Positions 1-15,739 of a stretch of DNA of 64,000 nt are shown here, piece after piece. Location: contig OZ024745.1 of the NCBI GenBank assembly GCA_964016885.1, positions 107,446,001 through 107,510,000 on the forward strand, given 5' to 3'. The notes beneath the pieces are model-generated. The model did no database searches. It saw nothing but the letters and a program-made list of their open reading frames with translations, and was not told the DNA's origin. Source of the stretch: Eledone cirrhosa. Lineage: Eukaryota. The first letter of the stretch is position 1; every line of letters starts with the position of its first letter. A program made the translations under genes and the position numbers.

Positions 1-649
1 TGTTTCCAATTCTTCAACTTTTCATTTTCCCCTTAGTTCATTTATTCCTCTTACCTTATATCTTATATCTGCCAAACACCCACACTACCCCGCCACTATC
101 ATCACCATCATATATTGGGTGGTCAAGTATGATGAAATTTGTATAAATTTATAGAAAAAAAAATTTCTACAAATTTCATACTTGACAACCCAATATAATT
201 CCACAATATTTATATCCTCCATCGTAGTTATATCTCCATAATTTATATTCATATATCCTATATTCCACATATTTGCCACTCCGCCACTGCCACTAACTCT
301 TTTACCCATCATAGATTCTAGAGTTATATATTGCCAAAATCTTCATCGTATGCAATCTTTTAATTTCTAAACTACGTGACATCATACTGTATGTTCATTT
401 CCACTCTATCACCGCAGTCACCACCACCATCGACCCCCACCCCCAACCACCATCACAGTACCCATACACGCACCCAGCCCTGTAGAAGTTCCAATTCATG
501 TATGTATGAATTGGAATTTGTATATTCATATTCATATGCATGTGTGTATGTGTGTGTATGTGTGTGTGTGTATGTACATATTTGTGTGTATGTGTGAGTG
601 TGTGCATATTTATGTACATGTATAACTGGATACACACACATACACACCA

Positions 650-682
<33 letters not shown>

Positions 683-763
683 CATGCAAACATACACACA
701 CACATATATATATGTGTATATATATATATATATATACATACGTATACATTTACATACACACAT

Positions 764-794
<31 letters not shown>

Positions 795-972
795 AGGAGT
801 TGACGGACCCAGCATGTTTATCAATGCCAGGTCCAGTTGTATCTCAGCGTACTCAATAGGTAATGTAGGATACATTCTCAGAGTATTCACAGTTATTCGC
901 TTCAATACAACACACGTAAAACTGGTGCCTATAATAGTTACCGGCCTCGAGTTTCGGCCACACTTCTAAGTT

Positions 973-1022
<50 letters not shown>

Positions 1023-1217
1023 AACTTAGAGACCCTTCCTATTTAGCAGGAAATATTCACTACACACAAGTTATATGATGCATATTACTTAATATTCAGT
1101 CACCAAATTTTAGCTAGATACAGAAATGGTGTATTTAATTCTTTGAAGTCACCTGTTATAATTTCATTCAACAACACCACCAGCTAACTCTCTCTCTCTT
1201 TTCCATTTTCCGTCATC

Positions 1218-1280
<63 letters not shown>

Positions 1281-1466
1281 AATCTACTCTCCCACCACCA
1301 CTATCTCTTAGTCTCTATCTTTCTCTCTCTCCCCTTTTATGAAGGTCCCCGAAAAAACCTCGTATCTCCCATTTCAGGGAGAACTTCCTTTCAAAGTATT
1401 TTCCCATTATTCGTCCTTTTGGCTGTATTAAATTACAGACAAGCACACAATCACAAAGTTTTAGAA

Positions 1467-1518
<52 letters not shown>

Positions 1519-1548
1519 ATACGTGTGTGTGTATATATATATACATAC

Positions 1549-1630
<82 letters not shown>

Positions 1631-1652
1631 ATATATATACACACACACGTAT

Positions 1653-1696
<44 letters not shown>

Positions 1697-1726
1697 ATAC
1701 GTGTGTGTGTATATATATATACATAC

Positions 1727-1818
<92 letters not shown>

Positions 1819-1820
<2 letters not shown>

Positions 1821-2068
1821 GGTGGCTGCCAACTCGTTTTCGAGTACGGCCACTACTTTATATCCATGTAGGAGAACCTCTACCGATGCGCTGAACGAGT
1901 GACTTTTTAGTCCAGCCAGCGACTTGAAAACTCTGGTACAAACACTACACTTGTGACAATTATTGACACATAGTGCTGGGCCCATGGTACCATGTGACGA
2001 CAAGTGCAGAGAGATCTCCAGATATAAAGCAATGCCTGTGCCGTGAAGCTTTTATACTGAGCAAAGGC
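1819..2068 (-). mobile_element. 5'-truncated copy of the 34692-35285 RTE-derived element
   Basis: Near-identical to 34692-34942; flanked by (TA)n. Confidence 0.8.
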
Positions 2069-2079
2069 ATATATATATG

Positions 2080-2111
<32 letters not shown>

Positions 2112-2116
2112 CATAC

Positions 2117-2170
<54 letters not shown>

Positions 2171-2291
2171 CTATATATATTTATATATATATATATAAAA
2201 AATCAAGGTTTCGCAAATAGAACCATACTGGCATACGGTTGGACAATACTTGTATCCCTATATGAATTTTTTACATGTAGGAACACATTCT

Positions 2292-2325
<34 letters not shown>

Positions 2326-2329
2326 TCAT

Positions 2330-2657
2330 TTTTCATCATTTCATTTTACGTCCGCTTTTTCCCTGCTTGCAAGGGTGGGACGGGAACTGATTCTGGCTTG
2401 ATTTCTACAGCTGGATGCCCTTCCTAACACCAACCTCATTTACAGTGAGTGCTGGGTGTTTTTTTGCCGTGGCACCTCCACGACCACTTTGCAGTGGAAT
2501 GATAGGGACCCCAGTCCCTATCATCTCATTTCTACAGCTGAGTAAACTGGAGCAATGTGAAATAAAGTGTATTGCTCAAGGAAACAACACATCACCCGGT
2601 CTGAGAATTGAACACACAACCTTTCGATTGCAAGGCCAATGCTCTAACCACTCGCTG
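2330..2657 (-). mobile_element. tRNA-derived SINE
   Basis: Minus-strand head GAGTGGTTAGAGC..GTTCAATTC (A/B-box-like), CCTTGAGCAA central motif, LINE-like tail. Confidence 0.65.
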
Positions 2658-2947
2658 TAAGTCTAATAACCACATGATTCCTAATCATATATATAGTTGC
2701 ATGACTGTATTTATGGTTATTTCTCTAAATAACTTGAAATATTAGGATACTGCAAGATTTTCTCAAAGGAATTTTGTCCAGCCCTTACTTTATCCGCAAT
2801 AACATGGCAATAAGAACTTAATTACCATGCCAATTATAATAATAATAATAGGTTACTATTCCAATTGTATTAGTAACATTAGTAGTAGAGGAGGGGAATA
2901 TGATGGAAGTGATTGAGAGAAGAATATTGAATGGCCGACCGTGAGAA

Positions 2948-3040
<93 letters not shown>

Positions 3041-3200
3041 CATATAGAGAAGGGTATATATATAAATGGAATAGAATGAAACGAAATTTCATTTCTCACT
3101 CTTAGTACGGCACTTACTTAAAGGTAAGTATGTATGTATGTACGTATACTGTACGTCTGTATACATATATGTATGTACGTATACATACATACTTACATTT

Positions 3201-3239
<39 letters not shown>

Positions 3240-3305
3240 CATGTAGCTGTAAGTCTAATAACCACACCAGGCTTCCAAAACAACCATCTTTCAAATATCT
3301 GTGTG

Positions 3306-3476
<171 letters not shown>

Positions 3477-3541
3477 AAACGGAACCTGAACCGATAAGAT
3501 CTGGTTTCTGGGGTATGTCACTATTTATAAAACAAATTTTG

Positions 3542-3588
3542 TATTTTATCTGATGAGAGCGTACCCTTGAAATATATATAATAAAATA
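3542..3588 (+). ncRNA. Minimal type-I hammerhead ribozyme (family A)
   Basis: TATTTTAT-CTGATGA-GAG cgtacc CTT-GAAA-TATATA-TA-ATAAAATA: stem I pairs perfectly and stem III is palindromic. Confidence 0.75.
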
Positions 3589-3717
3589 AATATGCTTTTA
3601 TAAATATAGTTTCCATTTATTAATATCACTGATATTATACTCCAGGAAAACTGTTGAGTGCTTAGAATCTGTTATAAATAAATTTGTTTAATTACCAACA
3701 AATTAAATATCTCTTTG

Positions 3718-3784
<67 letters not shown>

Positions 3785-3795
3785 GGAGAGACAGG

Positions 3796-3857
<62 letters not shown>

Positions 3858-4017
3858 ATGACCGAGAGAACATGTGTGTGAATGACTAAAGAAAAATGAC
3901 CTTTCACGAATGAATGTATTGCAACAAATGATGCCAACGTTACGACCAAATCTATTTCAGTTATAAACGTTTTGTAATTCAGTATCGTTCCCTTATTGAT
4001 TGTGTGTCTGTAAATCC

Positions 4018-4232
<215 letters not shown>

Positions 4233-5200
4233 TATATCTGTGTGTCTTTGAGTGTTTGTATTTATTTGTGTTGCGTTGTCTTCCACGCTATTGGGAAATA
4301 GGAGTTTGATTCTGAACGCTTAATTCTTTAAAGATTCATTTTCGAAACTAGATGCCCACTAAACCTGCATAATTGTATACCCCTTTGAGAATTATGAAAA
4401 TAAATGCAATATACCATTTGGATAATATTGCCTCTCATACAGAAATAAAATGAAATGATGATGGCAACGCCTTTGCCAGAATGTCTGTTCGACCAGAACT
4501 AACCTGGAATTAAACATCACGTATAATTGCGTTTAGTAAGTAAAGAGATTAGACTTTAGTTTGTTGTACATTAAACGTAACAGCAAAGGATACAATGGCC
4601 ACGATGAGAGTTCGTTGTATTTACTTGATATCCTGGAAATAACAGCTAAATGTTCTTCCACTCCCAATCTAGTGTTTTAAAATTGAAGAGCACAACAAAC
4701 GGAATGATTTTGACATGAATGCTTTTGATTATTGGTCTGTCTGATGGCGGCTGTCCGTGGTTAAAGAATGACAATACTTACATAACATATAAGTTGCATC
4801 CGTGCTGTCACTCGATCTGCAGGAAATCTTTCTCAGATCTCAGTATTGCCTGAATGAAGTGACCATTTCTGCGCATGCGCGTTAGTACGGTTGTCCTTCC
4901 TGTTCCGTATAACTATGTCCATTACGAGCTGAGGATCCGCTAAGGTGAAACAACTGTTCTCGGTGTGGTGAACTAACTGTTGTGTAACGACTTATATATA
5001 TAATAATAATAATAAATTTGAAGACTAAAATCCAAAGAGGGCTCGATAAGGATAAATATATATCAAATATATAAGAACCCTAGAGCAAATATCTATGAAA
5101 ATAACATATTAAAGTTTAAGCAAAGAATCGCTCCTTTAACCGTTAAGGGTGAAATCAGCGATTATTTGCTTAAACTTTAATCTTTTATTTTAATAAATAA

Positions 5201-5277
<77 letters not shown>

Positions 5278-5650
5278 TATAGGGGGTATTTTACTCTTCC
5301 TCAACTGTCATACTCTGATTTCCTTATAATTTTCAGGTTTTCTCCATTTCATATCTTAAATTCACATTTTTAAATTCCAGAATAATTTGGGAGTCGATGG
5401 CAAGAGCTCCTGTGTCGCAGAAGAGAGGCCGTTGTAACTATGTATGACCCAAGACTGTCTTTGTATATCAAGGATTATATTAACAAATATGTCCTTCCCC
5501 AAATTTTTAACATTGTAGGAGGAGATTTGGGAAATGTGATTATCATTTCTAGCAATCTGGGCAACAGTAAAGAAAACACCATTTTGTCCATAACCTTCCT
5601 AGTGAAGTGCAAATGAACAATGGGATTTGTCACTTGCAATATATATTATA

Positions 5651-5680
5651 CTAGCAGTGGTACCCGGCGTTGCACGGGAT
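5651..5680 (-). mobile_element. Helitron 3' terminus
   Basis: Reverse complement reads CCCGTGCAACGCCGGGTACCACTGCTAG, the same terminus as 45231-45257. Confidence 0.7.
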
Positions 5681-5707
5681 AAGGTATTTTGGAAGGCGGG
5701 CCGCCAA

Positions 5708-5821
5708 GATGAAAGGCAAAGTTAGCCTCGACTGGATTTGAACTCAGATCATAAAGGGTCGTAACTCTATGTTGCAAAACATGTTGTCCGACGCTCTATC
5801 GATACTGTCAATCGACCACCC
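5708..5821 (-). mobile_element. SINE 5' fragment, same family
   Basis: GATGAAAGGCAAAGTT..GGATTTGAACTCAG. Confidence 0.75.
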
Positions 5822-6203
5822 TTTGGTTATATATATAAAGATAAATGATATATTGCAATTTTTCCCTGAATGTAATTTTATCAAAGCGAACGTTCATTAA
5901 CTTTTCCAACTTTAAGAAAAATATGAAAATAAAATTATAAAGAAAGTTCACAGAACATATGACATTGCATGACTGAATACCGTGATTGTATCCAGGTGAA
6001 GGGACCTAATAATTTTGATGAAATGTAGTTATGAAAGAAGCATGGGTCGAAATCTTATAAAGAATCTCCCAATTATAGTGAAGATATTCATAATGATATA
6101 GAAAAATAAAACATTAGAAAGTTTAAATGAGATCCGAATGTTATTTGTAGTAATGCTTAAAAACAAACATTACTCGAAGACACAAAAGTAGACACACGCA
6201 CAA

Positions 6204-7150
<947 letters not shown>

Positions 7151-7581
7151 ATTTCGATAGATAGATTGTTCCTCTGCTTGTCGTTTACATCACTTCATAT
7201 TTAACATTCAAATGTTCAGACAGCTCCAGAAAGTTCGTTGAAACAGAGAAATAAAACTGAAAATAGACTAATATTACGTTTCGAAAAAAGAATTCATTTT
7301 GTATTTTGGTAAACAAATTGTGTAATAAAAAATACTAGAGATATTTATCGAATTTTCATTCAATTTTATTGAAATAGAAATTAAAGATATTCATATTTCA
7401 TTATTAGAGATTGATTAAAATAAATCTTCAGTCCTATCTGTTTTGCCAGTGTTGCGTGGTTTTGAAAAGTTAGCTTGAAATCGGTAATTTATTACAGAGG
7501 ACAGCTCATCGCATAGGTATAGGTTCCAAAATAGAACTCAGTGCACCTGCTCTTTCTCACACTGAGATATATAAACACACA

Positions 7582-7619
<38 letters not shown>

Positions 7620-7621
<2 letters not shown>

Positions 7622-7886
7622 CCAAAAGTCAGCTCAAAAATGACACAGAGGAGACTGAGGTTGGCTGGACATGCTCACCGACATCCAGAGTTTACATTGC
7701 ACTCAGTGCTCCTTTGGGAGCCCCTACATGGATACACTAGAAGAGGAAGACCAAGGTTAACGTATGTTGATGCCCTAAGGACAGACACTGGTCTGTTGGA
7801 GATGCAGGACATGGCAGCGATAATGAGGGACAGAGACCGCTGGAGAGAACACGTCCATGGATCTCGGGAATTTTACCCGCCTTAGA
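7620..7886 (+). mobile_element. 3' fragment of an RTE-clade LINE in (TA)n
   Basis: RRLRLAGHAHRH..LLWEP..RRGRPRLTYVDAL..DRDRW is typical of the RTE ORF C-terminus. Confidence 0.8.
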
Positions 7887-7932
7887 TATATATATATATA
7901 TATATATATACAATATGTTGAAAAGGTAACAC

Positions 7933-8106
7933 ACTAGAGAGAGAAAGTGTGCCATCAATAAAACAGGGAAAACCACAGAGGTGCGTATATACATTTTGAT
8001 TTATATTTTTTATTATTGAGTGTCTACCCTGTCTTCCATAGAGTATAGATTCCATACACTGGTGGTTTTCCCTGTTTTATGCATGGCACACTTTCTCTCT
8101 CTCTAG
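7933..8106. repeat. Short inverted repeat element
   Basis: CTAGAGAGAGAAAGTGTGCCAT..AAAACAGGGAAAACCAC is inverted at about 8061-8106. Confidence 0.8.
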
Positions 8107-8171
8107 CACATTATTGACAGGGAATAACGTGAGTCTATGGCTTCGTTAATTTATCGTGATATATATATATA

Positions 8172-8442
8172 TATATTACTAAAACTCTGCAATTGCTTGC
8201 TTGCTAGTCTGTAATGTAATACACCCAAAATGGCGCATAATGAGAAAATACTTTGAAATGTACTTGACCTGAATTGGGAATACAAATGGAATAAAACAAG
8301 TTGCGCGCAAATCGGGGGACGGGTTCTCGATTTATGGGGTTTTTCCGGGTACCTTCATAAACAGACAGACAGAGAAGGAGAGAAGACAGAGAAGGAGAAT
8401 GGAGGAGAGAGAGAGAGACAGAGAGAGCTAGTGGTGTTGTTG

Positions 8443-8509
<67 letters not shown>

Positions 8510-8574
8510 TTGTGTGTGTATATATATATGTGTATATATGTATATATGTGTGTGTGTGTGTGTGTATATATTTG

Positions 8575-8605
<31 letters not shown>

Positions 8606-8858
8606 ATATATGTGTATGTCTGTGTGTGTGTGTGTCTATGACCATTGTATATAGATCACAGACACCCACATATATATACACAAACACATTTATATATATA
8701 TACATACACGCATATATATAATTGGGCCTTCCAGTTTGATTTCACATTATATACATGTCTGTGACTAAGTTAATTATTTAAAAATTATTTTTAAGTGAAC
8801 ATGATTTTTGAAAAATATTTTGAAGGGAAGGTGACCCAATGGGTCACGGGTGGTCTAG
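8172..8858 (+). mobile_element. Probable non-autonomous Helitron-like element carrying microsatellites; related copy at about 1340-1470 (minus)
   Basis: 3' GTGACCC-AAT-GGGTCAC hairpin + CTAG|T; its 5' part (CTAAAACT..GAAAATACTTTGAAA) recurs on the minus strand at 1340-1470. Confidence 0.5.
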
Positions 8859-9473
8859 TTTATATATATATGGAAAAGAATGATGTACGGCTAATACTTA
8901 AATGTAAGTATGTATACGTACATACATATATGTATACAGACGTACAGTAGTATGTATATATATACATACATTCACACATATATGTGTACCGAACATTTAT
9001 TATAATGTTCGGGCTGTTTGTTTACAAACAGCCCGAATTAAGCCGTACATTGTTCAATCATCTGACAGGAAAGTATACGATGTTGACGATAGCTAATAAG
9101 CTTCAAACTAGTTCATCGTTCCTTTGTCAGTGTTGAACAAAAGGGCAACGATGTTTGCCGAACACTGTATGGCCTAATTCGGGCTGTTTGTTTACAAACA
9201 AACCGAACATTATAATAAGTGTTCGGTAAACCCATACGTACATATATATATGTGTGCATGTATGTATATATATACATACTACTGTATGTCTGTATACATC
9301 TATGTATGTACGTATACATACTTACATTTATATATATATATATGTAAAAGTTCTATTTAAATTGTTGGGATACAACAAGCAAATATTTTTATAACTGATA
9401 TAAAGCACTCAACAAATATTTGGAGTAAAAATACGATACTAACGAATGGAAACTATATTTATAAAACCATATT

Positions 9474-9538
9474 TATTTCATTATACATGTTTCATGGACA
9501 CCAAGTTAAATTATGGTGTGCTTTCATCAGATAAAATA
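9474..9538 (-). ncRNA. Hammerhead ribozyme (family A), left arm of an inverted repeat
   Basis: Minus: TATTTTAT CTGATGA ..ACACCA/TGGTGT.. GAAA CATGTATA ATGAAATA. Confidence 0.65.
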
Positions 9539-9639
9539 TAATATAGATCAGTTTTATAAATAAATATTGAGCTTCCAACAGTAATGGTTGCATTTTTTAA
9601 GGGTATGTCAATATTTATTTATAAAACTGATCTATATTA

Positions 9640-9704
9640 TATTTTATCTGATGAAAGCACACCATAATTTAACTTGGTGTCCTTGAAATATGTATAATGA
9701 AATA
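9640..9704 (+). ncRNA. Hammerhead ribozyme (family A), right arm
   Basis: TATTTTAT CTGATGA AAG-c-ACACCA..TGGTGT-c-CTT GAAA TATGTATA ATGAAATA. Confidence 0.75.
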
Positions 9705-9746
9705 AATATGGTTTTATAAATATAGTTTCCATTTGTTAATATCGTA

Positions 9747-9791
<45 letters not shown>

Positions 9792-10280
9792 TTGTAAACA
9801 GCTTTTTCGTCTCATCCCGTCATCACTAGCTTGTGTTCACGTGTGTTTTCTTATTTCATTTCTACACGCTGTCGCTTGCCTGCTTTTAACTCCCAGTGGA
9901 TTATTTTTTTCCTTCGGTATTTTAGCAGTGGATATTTAGTTAATGTGTTGAGCACTAGTGAAGTTCGACTCCAACCGTGACTAACCCGTCTGAAAAGTTT
10001 CGTGAAATGGTCTTTTAAGACTATATAGTGCATTTGTAGTTTTCCCCAAATTGACGGGTAAGTATTACTTCTTGATTTTATTTTGAATTAAGATTGTATT
10101 GCTTTTTCCCCAACTTACACAAAGTTTGATGACAAAGTTTTTCTTCTTGATTTGTTTTGAATTAAGATTGTATTACTTTTTCCCTCATCTTACATTAAAA
10201 ATGTGTTCATCCTGATGGTATAGTCACTTATATGCCTGAATTATTGTTGGCATTTTGCTTACTTTAATTTTATTTTCATT

Positions 10281-10323
<43 letters not shown>

Positions 10324-10335
10324 CTATATATGATT

Positions 10336-10381
<46 letters not shown>

Positions 10382-10995
10382 TTATGTATATATATATATT
10401 TATATACATAAATCAAGATGGATTCAGTAAGAAACTAGTTAAGCCATTACACATCAGAGTACTCGATACTAGAGGTAGTAGAGTATGTTTATAAGAATGG
10501 GTCAGGACAACGACGACTGAATTTTTGCCGTTTCAACAGCTAGTTCCAGACTCTCTCCTTGTATATATACATACATATATGTATATATACATATATATGC
10601 ATATACATACATACATATATACATGCATACATACATACATACATACATACATACATACATACATACATACATACATACATACATACATAATTTTGCATCT
10701 AATAACTGTACACATGTACAGATAAAAAGCATATACACATGCACACATACAACTCAAAACATACACATCCACAGATACAATAACATCCATATCTACACAT
10801 GCATTCATACATATCTACCTAGTTGATGTTGTATAATTTCCAATGAGAGAGTATTGTGTCTATGTTAGAAACCCACTCTCTCTCTATTGGTAAAACTTTG
10901 TGAAATTATAAAACCAGAAGAACATACATACATACATACATACATACATACATACATACATACATACATACATACATACATACATACATACATAC

Positions 10996-11263
10996 GATAC
11001 ACCTTTAGCTTCATACCCATCATTATTGGTGCTACGGGTTATATACCAACCCGCTTGGACCAAAGTATGACTAAACTTGGATTTGCGGACAAAAAGCGCA
11101 GCTCCCTAATTCATAGTCTACAAATGGCTGCGATAGCTGGCACCTTCAAAATTTGCAAAACATTCTTGCGATTCAAGGATGACAATTTCTTTTCTTTTAC
11201 AACCTTGCCACCAGGAAGGTGGCCGGTCAAAAAAATATACTCGAAATTAAGAGAAAGAGAAAA
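10996..11263 (+). mobile_element. 5'-truncated 3' end of an RLE-type (R4/NeSL-like) non-LTR element inside (TACA)n
   Basis: FIPIIIGATGYIP...LQMAAIAGTFKICKTFL resembles the C-terminus of RLE-domain ORFs; (TACA)n on both sides. Confidence 0.65.
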
Positions 11264-11852
11264 CATACATACATACTTATATGTGTGTGTGCACGCTTGT
11301 ATGAGCTGGATAAAAAAAATCTTTTCTTTATGTTCTGTATCACAGATATATTCGTTTCCATAATAGTTATTCACTTTAACATGTGTTGTAGCTGCGAGTA
11401 ATTTATAATTATTCATAATTATGCGTAGGACATTTCAGTACTGTAATTAATACTTTGCTTCTAGTGTTTGTGATTTACCGCGAAGAGCAACTGACTCATT
11501 AGCATATGTATATTTGCGTGCGTGAACCTGCATGCATATGTACACTCACACACACTACACGCATCCACCCACTACACGCATCCACACACGCACGTATATA
11601 AAGACACGCATACAGACACACACACATACATATATGTGAGAGTGTGTGCGTCTTATTTTATATGTTCTAGTGAGTGGACCACCGAGATACTGGTGAACCA
11701 GCTTGAGGGGTATAGTAGATCATATCGACGCATGTGGAACTTACTAATCTTCCGGGACTTCTTTAGTCGATCACTTTTCATTGAACAGTAAAGTAACATG
11801 ACATAAATATAAAACAAATGTCGGCTTAACTACCAACACAGACAGACATATG

Positions 11853-11951
<99 letters not shown>

Positions 11952-12138
11952 TGTATATATACCCAATTTATACCCAATATTTATACCCAATATTTATACC
12001 CACTATTTATACATTTTTTCCGTTTATCGTTTTCGGTGCACCCGGCCGATTAACCCACTTGATATGCAAATTGGCTTCTCAGCTGTTAATATGCATAAGG
12101 TAAGCATATACGTTCAACAATCTGGCAGGAAGGTATAC

Positions 12139-12177
12139 GTTGCTGACGATAGCTAATAAGCTTGAAACTAGTACAGC
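12139..12177 (+). ncRNA. Minimal hammerhead ribozyme (family B)
   Basis: GTTG CTGACGA t-AGCT aata AGCT-t GAAAC TA GTA CAGC; palindromic ACTAGT. Confidence 0.75.
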
Positions 12178-12425
12178 TTTCCTTTGTCAGTGTTGAACAA
12201 ACGAGCAACGATGGTTGCTGGACACTACGGCTTAATACGGGATCTTTGTTTACAAACACACCGAGCATTATAGTGAATGTTCGGTGAAGCCATACGTACA
12301 TATATATATATATGTGTGCGTGCATGTATATAGATATACATACTACTCTACGTCTGTATACATATATGTATGTACGTGTACATACTTATATTTAAGTAAC
12401 AGCCGTACTAAGAGTGGGAAATTCC

Positions 12426-12483
<58 letters not shown>

Positions 12484-12596
12484 CGTTTATATATATATAT
12501 ATATATATATAAATATATATACCCAATTTATATCCAATATATATATATATAACCGTATGTGGCTGACGGCTAAGAGAAAGGAGTCCTCAATACCGA

Positions 12597-13090
12597 AGCA
12601 AAGTTAACCTCGGCGGGATTTGAACTCAGATCATAAAGGGCCGTAACTCTATGCTGCAAAGCGTGGCGTTTGACGCTCAGCCGATACAGCCAATCTACCG
12701 CCTTTAATAATAATTGTTTCTACTTTTGGCACAAGGGCAGCAATTATCCCATCGCTTACTGGTGCTTTGTTTTATCGACCCCGTAAGGTCAAATCCCGCC
12801 GAGATTAACATGCCTTTCATCCTTACTGGGTCGATTTAATTGACTTTCCCCTCCCCCCAATTGTTGCCCTTGTGCCTAAATCAGGTGGTGGAAAGGCGGT
12901 GGATTGGCAGTATCGGTAGATATTCAGATGCCATGCTTTGCAGCATAGAGTTGCGCCCCTTTACAATCTGAGTTCATATCCCGTCGAGGTTAACTTTGCC
13001 TTTCATCCTTACGAGGCCGATAAAATAAAGTAGCAGTGATGCACTGGGATAATTGCTGGTCTTGCGCCAAAAGTAAAAACAATTATTATT
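12597..13090. mobile_element. Cluster of copies and fragments of the same SINE family, both strands
   Basis: Minus 12597-12703, fragments 12705-12880, plus full copy about 12895-13090. Confidence 0.8.
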
Positions 13091-13175
13091 AAGTTTAAAA
13101 GGTGAGTCTTCTTACTCTGGAGTTTCGCCTGTTTATCCCCGGCGAACTTCCAGTAACAAGGCTCACTTTATAGCC

Positions 13176-13221
<46 letters not shown>

Positions 13222-13653
13222 CGAAGGAAATGTGGTAAGGAACCAGGTGGACCATAACGCACCAAAGTACTCAATACTTGGGGTAGTAGAGTGGGTAATA
13301 GGAACCGGTAAGACCCTGACGGCTGAGCTCAAGCCGTTTCGACGGCTAATTCTGGACAGAATTAGCCGTCGAAACGGCTTGAGCTCAGCCGTCGGGGTCT
13401 TATCGGTTCATATATATATATATATATATATATACAACGGGCGTCTGTACAGTTTCCGTCTTCAAATCTTACCATCAAAATCTTAATAGAACCGAAACTA
13501 AAGTAGAAAGCATTTCTTCAAACTGCTACACTGTTGGTGTGAACGTGGAAACGTGGTTTCGAAGACAACATATACATACTATATATGTATTATTCCTAGT
13601 CAATGGTTCTATCTATCTATCGCATTCATCTATCTATTTATCATTCTCCCTGC

Positions 13654-13693
<40 letters not shown>

Positions 13694-13733
13694 ATATGTA
13701 AATGGGTGTTTTGAGTATATATATATACACACA

Positions 13734-13817
<84 letters not shown>

Positions 13818-14375
13818 TATCTGTCAGTCTATCTCTCTATTTATTCCCTTCCAAAGTCTAATTTCATAAAATTATGTCGGAGTTCATTTATGTATATTTA
13901 GTATGTGTCAGTATTCTAAGTTTATCGTGTCACTCTCTCTGACCAGGCCTGTCTCTGTCTCAAGTAATATGGTAATGGGAGTGGAGGTTATTATTGAAGG
14001 TCAAAAGCCTTTTGCCGTGCTCGATAAACGATACAGTGGACTGTATTTGTCAGGACGTGCTCTTCTTTCAAGAGTGATTAATATTATGTGGTTTTACAAA
14101 GTGAAGCATGCCAGCACTGACCAATCCATAATAATTACGCAAGTCCTAAGGGAGTGTAGTTTCTGTCTATTACCATCATCTGCGTATATGTCTTTCGCAT
14201 AGAAACATTCCTTAACAAACACAATCGCCTGAAGCCGAACTCTTAATAAAATCGTTCGTGGAGTGTTCATGTTGTTTATAAATTAATTTCGTTTTATTTC
14301 TTGGGGATTCCAACGATATTTGCATTTCTACTGCATATGTATGTACTTACATATGTACATACAAACATATAAACA

Positions 14376-14450
<75 letters not shown>

Positions 14451-14656
14451 GCATATATACAGACACACACACACATATATATACATATATACAAACATAC
14501 AAACATGTAAACAGACATATATATATATGTAGGAGGTGAGTTTTATTGTAGTACAATAGAGCAATGCAGATATCGGATAAGAAGCACTCTACAGTTTGTA
14601 GGACTGGAGTATATATAATATATAAGAACAAAAGATGTTTAAAAGAGTTCCATGTA

Positions 14657-14723
14657 TTTTATTATGCGCATTTCAAAAACAAATATCATCATGCAATAAT
14701 ATTTGTGTTTTCATCAGATAAAA
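14657..14723 (-). ncRNA. Hammerhead ribozyme (family A-like)
   Basis: Minus: TTTTAT CTGATGA AAA..CAAATAT/ATATTTG..TTT GAAA TGCGCA TA ATAAAA; palindromic ATGCGCAT stem III. Confidence 0.75.
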
Positions 14724-14814
14724 CAGGAAGACATGATATGAAGATTAAAAAACACTTGTGGATAGTGCAGTTTTATAGTGCAGTTTTATAGTGCAGTTTT
14801 CATATGTTGATTTA

Positions 14815-14952
14815 AAACAATGATAAACAATGAGAACCAAATGAATTAACTGTGAAGATACAGAAGCGAAAACCAACCAAACAGCGAGTGTGTTTTGTTA
14901 TTATTGCTGGCAATATTATTACAACAATATGACCCTCCCCAAGTATAACAAC
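14815..14952. repeat. Dispersed repeat, also at 43630-43775
   Basis: ACCAAATGAATTAACTGTG..ATATGACCCTCCCCAAGTATAACAA is shared. Confidence 0.8.
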
Positions 14953-14953
14953 A

Positions 14954-14991
<38 letters not shown>

Positions 14992-15183
14992 AAAACACAC
15001 ACACACATATATATATATATATATTTATTTATTAAAATAACAGATTAAAATTTAAGCAAAGAATCGCTGCTTTCACCCTTAACGGGATCTTCTGAAACTA
15101 ACTCTACGGTTCTTATATATTTGATATATATATTTATCCTAATCGAGCCCTCTTTAGATTTTAGTCTTCAAATTTATTATTAT

Positions 15184-15287
<104 letters not shown>

Positions 15288-15661
15288 TTTAGCTATACAT
15301 AATCACGCAAATCTCCTATTTTTTACCCTCTATACGTGTGCCTTTCCATCTATCTTCATATATAATTTTGCTAAGTAGATTAAATTTAGTGTATCCATAT
15401 TCAATTGTCACTTGATATTTTTTCCAGTTGCTTTATCGGTCATTTCTAATATTTCGCTATGATCCATAACTGCAAGCTTCTCTTTAAATTTCATAATCTC
15501 TTATTATCTTTCGTGCAAATTATCTACTAAAACGAATATACTTTAGCACGTTTATAATAAAAAAGATAGAGCCACCCATAAAAAAAAAAATGTCTAGTAT
15601 TTCAGATATTGCTTAATACATACATATAGATACGTGCTTCAGATAGGGAGAGAGGAGGAGA

Positions 15662-15739
<78 letters not shown>

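Noticed and set aside
12895-13000. tRNA genes
   Set aside because: The A/B boxes belong to SINE heads; no cloverleaf is evident and each continues into SINE body sequence.
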